Below the pieces are notes generated by a model. The model saw nothing but the letters and a program-made list of their open reading frames with translations. It made no database searches and was not told the origin of the DNA. Source: Vicinamibacterales bacterium (GTDB lineage: Bacteria > Acidobacteriota > Vicinamibacteria > Vicinamibacterales > Fen-181). Taken from it: 64,000 nt of DNA. A program made the translations under genes and the position numbers. Shown piece after piece: positions 9,808 through 19,369 of this stretch. The stretch spans positions 118,675 through 182,674 of the forward strand of contig JBHGBL010000006.1 of NCBI GenBank assembly GCA_041947015.1. The letters run 5' to 3'. The stretch's first letter is position 1. Every line of letters begins with the position of its first letter.

Positions 9808-11262
9808 ATGAGACTCCAGCACACTGGCGACGCCGCTGCGGCAGCGTTGAAGGTCGCGCAAGCAGGCGATGAGGCGGCCGATACCCGGGCTGCAACGCTC
9901 GACCTGCTGCGGAAGTACGACCGCCCCGGACCGCGATACACCTCGTACCCGACCGCGGTCGAGTTCCACGCCCGCTTCGGCCCGGAGGACTACCGCTCGC
10001 GGCTGCAGGAGGCCGCCGGCCGCCGGGACGAGCCGCTGTCGCTCTATGTGCACCTGCCATTCTGCGAGGAGAGATGTACCTTTTGCGGCTGCACGGTGAT
10101 CATCACGAAGAAGCGGGAGGTTGCCGGGCGATACCTGGAGTACCTATATCGCGAAATCGAGCTGGTGTCCGACGCCTTGGGCGGCCGGCGGCGCACCGTG
10201 CAGTATCACTGGGGCGGCGGCACCCCGAGCTACCTCTCACCCGACCAGATGGCCCGGCTGCACGATGCCGTCCTCCGTCATTTCGATGTGGCGCCGGACG
10301 GCGAGCTGGCCGTCGAAGTGGACCCCCGCGTCACGACCACCGACCATCTGAAGACGCTCGGTGAGCTCGGCTTCAACCGGCTGTCGCTGGGCGTGCAGGA
10401 CTTCACGCCGGAAGTGCAGAGCGCGGTAAACCGGATCCAGAGCTTCGACGACACGCGCGCCGTCGTGGAAGGAGCCCGCCGATTCGGGTTCCTGTCGGTC
10501 AACATCGACTTGATCTACGGCCTGCCGCTGCAGACGGTGGCCTCCTTCGGGCAGAGCGTAGAGGCTGTCATAGGGCTGCGCCCCGATCGACTTGCTGTCT
10601 ATTCCTTCGCACACGTGCCGTGGATCCGCGGCAATCAGAAGCGCCTCCGGCCGGAGGACCTGCCGCCGCCAGATCTCAAACTCCAGTTGTTCGCCGAAGC
10701 CCGCGCGCGCTTCCTCGCTGCGGGCTACCGGGCGATAGGAATGGACCACTTCGCGCTCCCGGACGACGAACTGGCCCGCGCGGCGGCCGCCGGTACGCTG
10801 CACCGCAATTTCATGGGGTACACCACCAGGCCTGCCCCGGACATGATCGGGCTCGGCGTGTCGGCCATCGGCGAGGTCGCCGGGGCCTTCTCGCAGAACA
10901 CGAAGAAGCTCAGCTCGTACTACGCCGCGATCGATGGCGGGAACTTCCCCGTGGAGCGCGGCTGCGTGCTCGAATTCGACGACCTCGTCCGGCGCCACGT
11001 CATCACGCAGTTGATGTGCAACTTCCGGCTCGACATCCGCGACGTCGAGCGGCGTTTCCAAGTCGAATTCAGCCGGTACTTCGCGCACGAGCTGGCGGAC
11101 CTTTCCGAGGGCCCGGTCGCTCACGGGTTCCTCGAGCAGAACGACGGGTGGCTGGCGGTGACGCCACCGGGCCGTTTGTTCGTGCGCAACATCTGCATGG
11201 CCTTCGATCGGTACCTCCGCACGAAGTCCGCCGACGTGCCGGTCTTCTCGCGAACGGTTTGA
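9808..11262 (+). CDS. hemN: Oxygen-independent coproporphyrinogen III oxidase (radical SAM)
   Basis: GPRYTSYPTA, YVHLPFCEERCTFCGC (CxxxCxxC), GGGTP, IGMDHFA, LHRNFMGYT. Confidence 0.95.
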   Translation: MRLQHTGDAAAAALKVAQAGDEAADTRAATLDLLRKYDRPGPRYTSYPTAVEFHARFGPEDYRSRLQEAAGRRDEPLSLYVHLPFCEERCTFCGCTVIITKKREVAGRYLEYLYREIELVSDALGGRRRTVQYHWGGGTPSYLSPDQMARLHDAVLRHFDVAPDGELAVEVDPRVTTTDHLKTLGELGFNRLSLGVQDFTPEVQSAVNRIQSFDDTRAVVEGARRFGFLSVNIDLIYGLPLQTVASFGQSVEAVIGLRPDRLAVYSFAHVPWIRGNQKRLRPEDLPPPDLKLQLFAEARARFLAAGYRAIGMDHFALPDDELARAAAAGTLHRNFMGYTTRPAPDMIGLGVSAIGEVAGAFSQNTKKLSSYYAAIDGGNFPVERGCVLEFDDLVRRHVITQLMCNFRLDIRDVERRFQVEFSRYFAHELADLSEGPVAHGFLEQNDGWLAVTPPGRLFVRNICMAFDRYLRTKSADVPVFSRTV

Positions 11263-11263
11263 G

Positions 11264-12268
11264 ATGAGCGAAGCGTGCCGTGCAGCTCCCATCGGTGTTC
11301 TGCTGTTCAACCTCGGTGGACCCGACAGCCTGGCTGACGTGGAGCCCTTCCTGGTGAGGCTGTTCTCGGACCGCGACATCATCGAGCTGCCGCTTGGCGG
11401 ACTCGTGCAGCCCCTTTTCGCCAGGGCGATCGCGAAAGCTCGCGGGCCATCGGTCCGCCGCAATTACGCCTCCATTGGAGGCAAGTCCCCCCAGAAGGAG
11501 TTCACGACGGCACAAGCGGTGGCTCTCCAGGCGCGGCTCGATGACGCCGGCATCAGGCGGTGCGTCGTCGGGATCGCCATGCGTTACTGGCGGCCCGATA
11601 CCGCGACGGCCCTGGCCGAGATGGCGCGGTCGGGGGTCTCGCGTCTGGTGACGCTCACGCTCTACCCTCAGTATTCCCGGGCCACTACAGGCTCGTCGCG
11701 GCGCGAACTGGATCGCGTTCTGGCTCGTGCGGAGTGGCAAGGCAGGTTCCAGGTCAGCCACATCGAGTCCTACCCCGATCATCCGTTGTACCTGGAGGCC
11801 ATGACGGACACCGTCCGCAGCGGCCTCGAACGCTTCCCGCCAGAGAGCCGCGGCGAAGTCGTGCTTCTGTTCAGCGCACACGGCCTGCCGAAGAAGTTCG
11901 CCGACGCCGGCGACCCGTACGTCGAGCACGTCGAACGGACCATCGATGGGATCCTCGCCCGCCTCCGTATTCCGAACCGGCACGAGATCGGCTTCCAGTC
12001 ACGCACGGGTCCGGTCGAGTGGATCGGCCCCGACACCGCAGAAGTGCTGCAACGGCTCGGCGGCGAGGGTGTGAAGCGGGTTCTCGTGGTTCCCGTGTCC
12101 TTCGTCTCCGATCACATAGAAACGCTTTACGAGGTCGACCAGCTGTTCCGGGAAGACGCCAGGCAAGCGGGCATCACCGATTACCGCAGGACGGATGCGC
12201 TCAACACCCATCCGCTCTTCATCGCTGCCCTGGCGGACCTCGTCGAGCACCACCTGGCGTCCTCATGA
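11264..12268 (+). CDS. hemH: Ferrochelatase
   Basis: LFNLGGP, Y..IGGKSP, MRYWRP, LYPQYS, FSAHGLP, FQSRTGP..W, FVSDHIETLYE. Confidence 0.96.
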   Translation: MSEACRAAPIGVLLFNLGGPDSLADVEPFLVRLFSDRDIIELPLGGLVQPLFARAIAKARGPSVRRNYASIGGKSPQKEFTTAQAVALQARLDDAGIRRCVVGIAMRYWRPDTATALAEMARSGVSRLVTLTLYPQYSRATTGSSRRELDRVLARAEWQGRFQVSHIESYPDHPLYLEAMTDTVRSGLERFPPESRGEVVLLFSAHGLPKKFADAGDPYVEHVERTIDGILARLRIPNRHEIGFQSRTGPVEWIGPDTAEVLQRLGGEGVKRVLVVPVSFVSDHIETLYEVDQLFREDARQAGITDYRRTDALNTHPLFIAALADLVEHHLASS

Positions 12269-13674
12269 CTCGCATTGCCATCGTCGGCGGCGGAATCGCG
12301 GGGCTCTCAATCGCCCACGCTCTCTTGCAGCGCGGTGCGAGTGAACCGGGGATCGACCTCGTCGTGCTCGAGCGGGCGGGAAGAGCGGGCGGGAACATAC
12401 GCACGGACGTGATCGACGGCTTCGTCTGTGAATGGGGGCCGAACGGCTTTCTGGACAACGTGCCCGCCACGCTGGACCTGGTGCGGGACCTGGGCCTGCA
12501 GGACCGCCTCCAGCCGAGCGACGAGCGCGCGCGCAAGCGGTACATCTTCAGGCGGGGGATGCTCCACGCCCTGCCCGGCGGGCCGCTCGATTTCTTGAAG
12601 AGCGGCCTGTTGTCGTGGCCGGGGAAGGTGCGGATCGCGCTCGAACCCGCGGCGCGCAGGCGTCCTGCCGGCGACGAGACGATCCACGCGTTCGCGACAC
12701 GCCGCATCGGGAGAGAGGCAGCGGACATCCTCATCGACCCGATGGTTTCCGGCGTCTTCGGCGGCGACGCACGCCGCCTGTCCCTGAAGGCCTGCTTCCC
12801 GAAGATGTGGGAGATCGAGACCGAGCACGGAAGTCTCTTTCGGGCTCTCCTGGCACGCAGTCGCCGGCGTCGACGCCGGGGCGAGCCGGTCGGCTCCCCG
12901 CTCGGGCGCCTGACGTCATTCGTCGGCGGCTCGGAGGACCTGATCCGGGCACTCGTCGCCCGGTTGGGCGCGAGCCTCCGCACGGGAACCGAGGTCCGGC
13001 AGGTCCGCGCCAACGGATCGCGCTACGATGTCGAAATTGAGAATGCTCCTTCGTTCCAGGCAGATGCCGTTGTGCTCGCCGCCGGGGCGAGCGCCAGCGC
13101 GGGCCTGATCCGTCCACTCGACGCAGCCCTGGCGGATACCCTGGACGCGATCCCGACTGTTCCGATGGTGGTCGTTTGCCTCGGTTACGCCGAGCACAAG
13201 CTGCCACGGCCACTCGACGGGTTCGGCTTCCTGGTGCCGCGCGGCGAGGGCCCGCGCCTGCTCGGTGTCTTGTGGGACTCCTCTGTCTATCCAGGCCGTG
13301 CCCCGAAGGGCTGTGCCCTCGTTCGCGCGATGCTGGGCGGGGCGCACGACCCCGATGCGATTGCGCTCGAGGATCGGACACTTCTCGAGATCACCAGGCA
13401 CGACCTGGAAAAGACGATGCAGGTCCGCCTCGAGCCCGATTTCGTGCGCGTCTTCAGGCACCCGATCGGCATCCCGCAGTACACGGTCGGGCACATCGAT
13501 CGGCTTGCGCGGGCGGAGAGTCGCCTGGCCGCACATCCCGGCCTGTTCCTTGCCGGCAACGCCTACCGCGGGGTCGCGATCAACGCTTGCGTCGCCGAGG
13601 CACCAGCAATCGCCGCGCGGGTGTTGGCGCACGCGCTCCGCCGACCGGGTATGCTCGCCCAGGCGGGCATGTGA
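12265..13674 (+). CDS. hemY: FAD-dependent protoporphyrinogen/coproporphyrinogen oxidase (HemY/HemG type)
   Basis: Start ATG 12265 overlaps hemH stop; IVGGGIAGL, EWGPNGFL, GFGFLVP, IPQYTVGH, GNAYRGV. Confidence 0.93.
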   Translation: MTRIAIVGGGIAGLSIAHALLQRGASEPGIDLVVLERAGRAGGNIRTDVIDGFVCEWGPNGFLDNVPATLDLVRDLGLQDRLQPSDERARKRYIFRRGMLHALPGGPLDFLKSGLLSWPGKVRIALEPAARRRPAGDETIHAFATRRIGREAADILIDPMVSGVFGGDARRLSLKACFPKMWEIETEHGSLFRALLARSRRRRRRGEPVGSPLGRLTSFVGGSEDLIRALVARLGASLRTGTEVRQVRANGSRYDVEIENAPSFQADAVVLAAGASASAGLIRPLDAALADTLDAIPTVPMVVVCLGYAEHKLPRPLDGFGFLVPRGEGPRLLGVLWDSSVYPGRAPKGCALVRAMLGGAHDPDAIALEDRTLLEITRHDLEKTMQVRLEPDFVRVFRHPIGIPQYTVGHIDRLARAESRLAAHPGLFLAGNAYRGVAINACVAEAPAIAARVLAHALRRPGMLAQAGM

Positions 13675-13683
13675 CCGCGCAGC

Positions 13684-15036
13684 CTACTTCTTCATGAACG
13701 CCTCGATCTCGGCAACCGTTCTCGGCAGCCCAGGCGTCAGGTTCTCGCAGCCCGTCTCTGTGATGACGACCGTGTCCTCGACGCGCACGCCGAGGTCCTC
13801 CCCGGGAAAGACCGCGTAGATGTCGAGGGCGAAGACCATCCCCGGGCGCAGCGCCCCGCGCGGCCCAGGGCTCACGTCGTGGACCGCCATCCCCACGTTG
13901 TGGCTGATGCCGGTCTGCATCGTCCGGATCTTGAAGATGTCCTTCTCGACGTCGATGCCCTTCTTCTTCAGGATCTCGAGGATCATCGGCTGGACCTTCG
14001 ACGGCTCGAGGCCCGGGCGGTAGATCTCGAGGCAGGCATCGTGCACGGCGAGCGCCGCTTCGTAGATCTCGCGCTGGCGCGGCGTGAACCTGCCGTTGGC
14101 TGGGTAGGACGCCGAGATGTCCACGACGTAGTGGTCCAGGTTCGGGCCGGCATCCACGACGATGAAGTCGCCGTCCGCCAGGATCCTGTCGTGCCGGTAG
14201 TAGTGCAGGTAGGGATGGTTCTCGGCCGAGCTGATGATTGTGTTGTAGGCGATGTCGCGCGCCCCGGCCTTCTTGACCGCGTGGAAGAACGCGGCCGCCA
14301 TCTCGTACTCCGGGGCCCCGACACGGGTCGCCCTCATCATCGCAAGGTGAGCTTCCACGCCGAGGCGGCCGACCTTCCGGAGGTGTGCGATCTCGGCGGG
14401 CGACTTGATCGAGCGCAGCTCCCAGACGAATGGCGACACGTCCCTGACGGTGGCCTGGGGATACCGCTCGCGCAGGTTCCTCACGAACTGGAGCTCGCGC
14501 GTCAGCCGTCCGTCCCACAGGTTGAGCGTCATGGTGTTCTGCAGCGTCGTCAGCTTCTCGGCCGAGTTCTCCCGGGCCAGTTCCTCCGGCTTGAACGAGG
14601 TGTAGATGACCGCGCCCGAGTTCGCCAGCCGGGTGAGGGCCGGCGTGAACTGCTCGATCGGCGAGACGCGCTCGAGACCAGTGACGGCAACCGTGTCGCG
14701 GATCAGTTCGAGGGGGATCCCCTCGTTCCGCGCGCCGGCGTCCGTGATCGTGAAGAAGAGCGTGCTCGTCTTCGACCGCGCGTCCATGATCAGCGCGGCA
14801 TTCGGGATGGCGACACCGGTGAAGTACATCATGTCGTTGTTCTGGACGAACTCGCCGCCGGCGGGCATGGTCGCCCCGAGCACGATGGCCGCGCCATCGG
14901 GAATCTTCTCCATCAGCCGCGCCCGGCGCGCCGCGTACTCGCTTTTGTCGAAGAGGAGCGGACCGGCCGCCGATGCGGCGGAGCTCAGTACGAGAAGGAG
15001 AGCCGCTGCCGTCCCGATCGTGACCCGACACCTCAT
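13684..15036 (-). CDS. Secreted Xaa-Pro aminopeptidase (M24B family)
   Basis: Start ATG 15036 with AGGAGG; signal peptide; IKSPAEI, LHY, VVDAG..YVVDIS, SHNVGMAVHDV, GVRVEDTV. Confidence 0.88.
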   Translation of the reverse strand: MRCRVTIGTAAALLLVLSSAASAAGPLLFDKSEYAARRARLMEKIPDGAAIVLGATMPAGGEFVQNNDMMYFTGVAIPNAALIMDARSKTSTLFFTITDAGARNEGIPLELIRDTVAVTGLERVSPIEQFTPALTRLANSGAVIYTSFKPEELARENSAEKLTTLQNTMTLNLWDGRLTRELQFVRNLRERYPQATVRDVSPFVWELRSIKSPAEIAHLRKVGRLGVEAHLAMMRATRVGAPEYEMAAAFFHAVKKAGARDIAYNTIISSAENHPYLHYYRHDRILADGDFIVVDAGPNLDHYVVDISASYPANGRFTPRQREIYEAALAVHDACLEIYRPGLEPSKVQPMILEILKKKGIDVEKDIFKIRTMQTGISHNVGMAVHDVSPGPRGALRPGMVFALDIYAVFPGEDLGVRVEDTVVITETGCENLTPGLPRTVAEIEAFMKK

Positions 15037-15296
15037 GTCAACCTCCTGCTCCGCGGTCCCGGCTGGACCGCATCCCCGAAAACCGCTCGCCACGCGCGTT
15101 CGAGGGAAGTTTGTACCCGAAGCGGGGGACGTTTGCCAACGCCTGCTGCCTCCGCGCCGCGGCGCCGAGAAAGACCTCCGCCCGCCTGGAGGGCGCTTCG
15201 AACCGCCGCGGCAGGGTCTTTGGTGCACTTGGGCCACACCATGGCCGTGCACCGTTTCGCCGATCCATCGGCGCAGAAGGTTGTGCAAAGGCGTGG

Positions 15297-15872
15297 TCAG
15301 CGAGGTTCGGCGAGCGCCCGTTCGAGCAGGTCGGCGACGCCGAGAACCGGCGCCGACCGGCGGAGATACTCCAGGTCGAGCCGGCCGCCCTGGACGCGAA
15401 CGATAGCTTCCACGTCGCGCCACTGGCGATCTGACACCTCGCCGCCGAGGCGGTACCACCGCAACTTCTGCAGCAGGATGTCCTCCGGCGGATGCACGTA
15501 GAGTCGCCGGTCGCCGCCGAGGTCCACCGCCTGGCGGCGCGCCAGCTGCGTCGCGTCCAGCGGCGTCCCGCCGGCGACGAAGACGTCCACCTTCAACTGG
15601 CTCGCCTGATGGATCAGGTTTGCGCTCGAACGGGCCCGTATGGCCCGCCGCACGGCGTCGGCATCCACGTAGAACTCCGCGGACAACGCGGCGACGAACG
15701 CCTCGACGTGTCGCTCCTCGATCGCCACGACGAAGTCGATGTCCACAGTGGCTCGCGGCTCTCCCGCGAACGAGCTCGCGATCGAGCCTCCGATGGTGTG
15801 TGGGATCTCCAGCGCATCGAGCGCCCGCGACACGAGCAGCGCCGTCGCGATCGGGTCGACCGGTTGCGTCAT
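15297..15872 (-). CDS. Nucleotidyltransferase, DUF1814/MenT-like putative toxin
   Basis: IGGSIAS...EPRATVDIDFVV (GG, DxD), EDILLQKL, RQWRDV; ATGA-coupled to a small upstream gene. Confidence 0.7.
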   Translation of the reverse strand: MTQPVDPIATALLVSRALDALEIPHTIGGSIASSFAGEPRATVDIDFVVAIEERHVEAFVAALSAEFYVDADAVRRAIRARSSANLIHQASQLKVDVFVAGGTPLDATQLARRQAVDLGGDRRLYVHPPEDILLQKLRWYRLGGEVSDRQWRDVEAIVRVQGGRLDLEYLRRSAPVLGVADLLERALAEPR

Positions 15873-16135
15873 GGGGAAAGGAGCCGCGCCGCGTCGGGGT
15901 AGGCCCGGCTTGCGAGCTCAGGGCCGAGAACGACGACGGCGACGCGGAGGAAGACCTCGCGGGGCGATGCGCCCGGGTGTCGCTGTTTCACGCCGGCGGC
16001 CGTCAAGTCGAACGCCGCGCGTGTGAGTCCGGTGACGATTGCGGCCTTGTCGGCGGCCGACATCCGCCGCCACCCCTCGACCTGCCGCCGCTCGACGTCC
16101 GTTGCCGTATCGAGGCTGAGCGACGCGCGCATCAT
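15869..16135 (-). CDS. Small helical protein, putative antitoxin partner (MenA1/Rv0078B-like)
   Basis: 88 aa, DTATDVERRQVEGWRRMSAADK...AGVKQRHPGAS; TATAAT 6 nt upstream of ATG. Confidence 0.65.
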   Translation of the reverse strand: MMRASLSLDTATDVERRQVEGWRRMSAADKAAIVTGLTRAAFDLTAAGVKQRHPGASPREVFLRVAVVVLGPELASRAYPDAARLLSP

Positions 16136-16141
16136 GCCCCG

Positions 16142-16147
16142 ATTATA
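16142..16147 (-). promoter_or_regulatory. Consensus -10 box TATAAT 6 nt upstream of ATG (leaderless promoter candidate)
   Basis: Minus strand reads CGCTATAAT-CGGGGC-ATG with no SD. Confidence 0.65.
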
Positions 16148-16319
16148 GCGCCGGGGGGTGCAGCGAAGCAGCGCGCCTACCGGCCTCGCGGACTGCGCGC
16201 CGGGTCGAGGTGCGTGGCGGTGCGCGGGAACCCGCGCCGCGATCGCTCCGGCGCCGAGCAGCAGCCCGGCCGCCCCGGCGAACTCAGCCCCGTCGGAGCG
16301 TCGGTGGGAAGCTGGTGTG

Positions 16320-16337
16320 TGCCCGCCCAGGCGGGCA
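16320..16337. terminator. GC hairpin downstream of the thioredoxin-like gene
   Basis: TGCCCGCC-CA-GGCGGGCA; no U-tract. Confidence 0.35.
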
Positions 16338-16368
16338 TGTGACGGCCCGCGCTGCCGGTGGGCCCGAG

Positions 16369-16602
16369 TCAAACGAGCATGGCCTTGATGGCATCCACCG
16401 AAGGCACGCGACCAGATACCTTGATCTCGCCGTCGACGACGAGCGCCGGGGTCGACACGACCCCGAAAGCAATGATCTCGTCGATATCTGTCACCTTCTC
16501 GATGGTGCACTCGAGGCCCAGGGCGGCCGCGGCCTTCTCGGCGTGCTCGGTCAGCATCCTGCACTTCGGGCAACCGGTTCCGAGTATCTGCACCTTCTTC
16601 AT
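16369..16602 (-). CDS. Small redox-active disulfide protein (thioredoxin/MTH895-like)
   Basis: ILGTGCPKC, GVVSTPALVVDG. Confidence 0.92.
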   Translation of the reverse strand: MKKVQILGTGCPKCRMLTEHAEKAAAALGLECTIEKVTDIDEIIAFGVVSTPALVVDGEIKVSGRVPSVDAIKAMLV

Positions 16603-16617
16603 GCAACAACTCCAGGC

Positions 16618-17916
16618 CTAGAACAACCAGCCGAAGATCATGCCGCTCGCGGTGGCCATGACGACCACGAGGACAACGAAGACCGCCGTCTTCGCGAACC
16701 CCATCAGGCTCTTCAGGACGAGCATGCTGGGAAGCGACAGCGCCGGGCCGGCCAGCAAGAGCGCGAGAGCAGGACCCTTGCCCATGCCACTCCCCATCAG
16801 GCCTTGGAGGACGGGCACTTCGGTGAGCGTGGCGAAATACATGAACGCCCCGGCCACCGCCGCGAAGAGGTTCGCGCCCAGGGAATTGCCGCCGACCGCT
16901 CGACTGACCCACTCGGACGGGATGAGGCCCTCATGGCCCGGGCGGCCGAGCAGAAGGCCGGCAATCATCACTCCGAAGAAGAGCAACGGCAGGATCTGCT
17001 TGGCGAACTCCCAGGTGGCGGTGAACCAATCCCGCGCCTCGCCCTCGTCGCTGGCGGTCGCCACCGACAGGCCAAGCGCCGCCACCGCGAAGGGGATGAG
17101 AGGCTCGTGCGGAGCAAGGACGACGGCGATGGCCGTCGCAGCCACCGCGACCGCAACCTTCCACCACTTCAACCCGAACCAGGCGACGAGGACGGCGGCA
17201 AGGGCGAGGCCCGCCGCCCCCGTCAGCCACCACTTGTTGTCGTAGACGACCTGCCAGAACCCCGAGACCGACTGCGGTGCGCCCCAGTTCGCGAACACGA
17301 GGATGCCGACCATCGACGCAAAGTAGACCGCGTCCTGCGACAGCGGCCGTGCGACCTCGACAACGGGCAAGCGGCTCTGCTCGTCAGCTCTGCCCCGCTC
17401 CTCCCGCAGGAAGATCAAGTGCATCAGCAGGCCGACCACCACGCTGAACGCGATTGCTCCGACGGCCCGGGCCACGCCCATCTCGAAACCCAGGACCCGA
17501 GCAGTCAGGGTGATTGCAAGGATGTTGATGGCGGGGCCCGAGTACAGGAAGGCTGTAGCCGGCCCGAGCCCGGCCCCGCGCTTGTAGATGCCGGCGAAGA
17601 GGGGCACCACCGTGCACGAGCAGACCGCGAGGACGGTCCCCGCAACCGACGCCACGCCGTAGGCGAGCACCTTGTTCGCGGATGCGCCGAGGTACTTCAT
17701 CACCGACGCCTGGCTCACGAACACCGAGATGGCGCCGGCAATGAAGAGCGCCGGCACCAGACAGAGCAGCACGTGCTCGCGCGCGTACCACTTCACGAGA
17801 TGAAACGATTCCAGAACCGCGCCGTCGAAGCGATCCGTCCCCGCGGGCAGATAGAAGACGACGAGGAAGCCGCCCAGCAGCAGGACCGCCCACTTCCATT
17901 CCTGTTTCCAGTCCAC
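16618..17916 (-). CDS. Permease, ArsP/DUF318 family
   Basis: LAVCSCTVVPLF, FLYSGPAIN, YFATLTEVP, LLAGPALSLP. Confidence 0.9.
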   Translation of the reverse strand: MDWKQEWKWAVLLLGGFLVVFYLPAGTDRFDGAVLESFHLVKWYAREHVLLCLVPALFIAGAISVFVSQASVMKYLGASANKVLAYGVASVAGTVLAVCSCTVVPLFAGIYKRGAGLGPATAFLYSGPAINILAITLTARVLGFEMGVARAVGAIAFSVVVGLLMHLIFLREERGRADEQSRLPVVEVARPLSQDAVYFASMVGILVFANWGAPQSVSGFWQVVYDNKWWLTGAAGLALAAVLVAWFGLKWWKVAVAVAATAIAVVLAPHEPLIPFAVAALGLSVATASDEGEARDWFTATWEFAKQILPLLFFGVMIAGLLLGRPGHEGLIPSEWVSRAVGGNSLGANLFAAVAGAFMYFATLTEVPVLQGLMGSGMGKGPALALLLAGPALSLPSMLVLKSLMGFAKTAVFVVLVVVMATASGMIFGWLF

Positions 17917-17917
17917 C

Positions 17918-18208
17918 TTACCCTCGCTCCCTCAGCACCTGTGTCGCGCAGGTGAAGAAGTTGCAGACGCACGGCATCAGCAACCGGTAGTAGACGACGT
18001 TCCCGTCGCGCCGGTCGTCAACTATGCCGTGAAGGCGGAGGACTCCCAGGTGGCGGGATACCGTCGATATGTCGCTGCCCACTATCTCGGTCAGATGTCC
18101 GACGGAGGCTTCCCCACGGCTCAGACGGTCTACGATCCTGAGGCGCGACTCGTTGGCGAGGGCCTTCAGCACCCGGGCCTGCTGTTTGAAGATGTTCGCG
18201 CGGGGCAT
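17918..18208 (-). CDS. ArsR/SmtB-family regulator with C-terminal cysteines
   Basis: LKALANESRLRI, STVSRHL, VYYRL, PCVCNFFTC. Confidence 0.92.
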   Translation of the reverse strand: MPRANIFKQQARVLKALANESRLRIVDRLSRGEASVGHLTEIVGSDISTVSRHLGVLRLHGIVDDRRDGNVVYYRLLMPCVCNFFTCATQVLRERG

Positions 18209-18216
18209 CCGGGAGA

Positions 18217-18245
18217 AATATTTGCTGATTTGGCCAAATTGTCAA
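18217..18245 (-). promoter_or_regulatory. Sigma70 promoter TTGACA-17-AATATT containing the palindrome ATTTGGCCAAAT (ArsR operator candidate)
   Basis: -35 at 18240-18245, -10 at 18217-18222; palindrome lies in the spacer. Confidence 0.7.
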
Positions 18246-18288
18246 GTACCCTGCGGCACGACCCTCCCGAGCGCCAGGCCGGAGGCCG

Positions 18289-19044
18289 TCACCACCGGGC
18301 GATGGGGATCTCCCTGAGCCACGCCGCCGACAGGATGCCGTCCATCACCATCTTCCGCGCCGCTTCGACCTGATCGACAGTCGCCTGGGCGGCAGCGTCC
18401 GCATCTCCCCTCGCAAGGGCAGACACCAGCACCTCGTGCTCGTGCTTCATTTCCTCGGTCCGGTCGCGCACTGCCAGTCCCAGATGAAACAATCGCTCGG
18501 TTTCCTCGAGCAGCTGCTCCAGGACACGGGCCATGCGGCGGTTGCCGCTGGCCGCAGCAACGGCAACGTGAAACTGGCGGTTGCTCCGAAGGAAGGCGGA
18601 CTCGCTCGCTCGGTTCCCTGGCTCGTACCCGACCCTGCAAAGCTCGTTCAGCTCGGTTAGCAGCACCTCGTCTATCCGGCCGGCCGCCTGCCTCGCCGCT
18701 ACCGGTTCGAGGACGAGGCGCAATTCGAAGATGTCCTGCACGTCCTGGATGGTGACGGGCGTGATCCGGTAGCCGCTTCGCGGAATCGATTGCAGGAGCC
18801 CTTCCTGACAGAGCCTGACGAGCGCCTCGCGGAGAGGCGCCTTTCCCATGCCGTAGCGGGCCGCAAGCTGTCGTTCGGTGACCTCCGAGCCTGGTGACAA
18901 CCCGCATTCGAGGACATCGCGCTTTATTGCTTCGTAGGCGGCGTCAGTGAGCCTGCGGGCAGGCTGAAGGGTACGGCTCCTCCCGCCTTCCACGACCGCG
19001 CCAACCCTCGGCCTGTCCGACGCCTGCCGGACCCTGCTCTGCAT
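18289..19044 (-). CDS. GntR-family regulator (FCD domain)
   Basis: Probable start ATG 19044 (GGAG RBS); AYEAIKRDVL, PLREALVRL, NRQFHVAVA..SGN, EHE. Confidence 0.9.
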   Translation of the reverse strand: MQSRVRQASDRPRVGAVVEGGRSRTLQPARRLTDAAYEAIKRDVLECGLSPGSEVTERQLAARYGMGKAPLREALVRLCQEGLLQSIPRSGYRITPVTIQDVQDIFELRLVLEPVAARQAAGRIDEVLLTELNELCRVGYEPGNRASESAFLRSNRQFHVAVAAASGNRRMARVLEQLLEETERLFHLGLAVRDRTEEMKHEHEVLVSALARGDADAAAQATVDQVEAARKMVMDGILSAAWLREIPIARW

Positions 19045-19369
19045 CGAAGCAACTCCCTGCAGCCGAACCGCCGCCTGCTGCCACTTCAGCCAGTTGCCAG
19101 GCTGGGTTCTAATCATATCACGTGCCTGCGCACGCCAGGTGCGAACAGATTGTCTAAGAACGATTGTTATGAACACGTATAGCTTGTGCTATTATCAACC
19201 GGCCGCGGTCTGGTGTTTCTCGACCCTGGCTTTCGGCTGTCTTCGAGCACCACCATGCAGGCCCGATTAAGCGGATAGGAGGCACCACCAACCGCACGCC
19301 GTGCGTCGGAGGGAGCTCGGTCGGCTCGAGGGAAACTACGGAGGCATGGCAGTCTGCCGGAAGGGAGCG

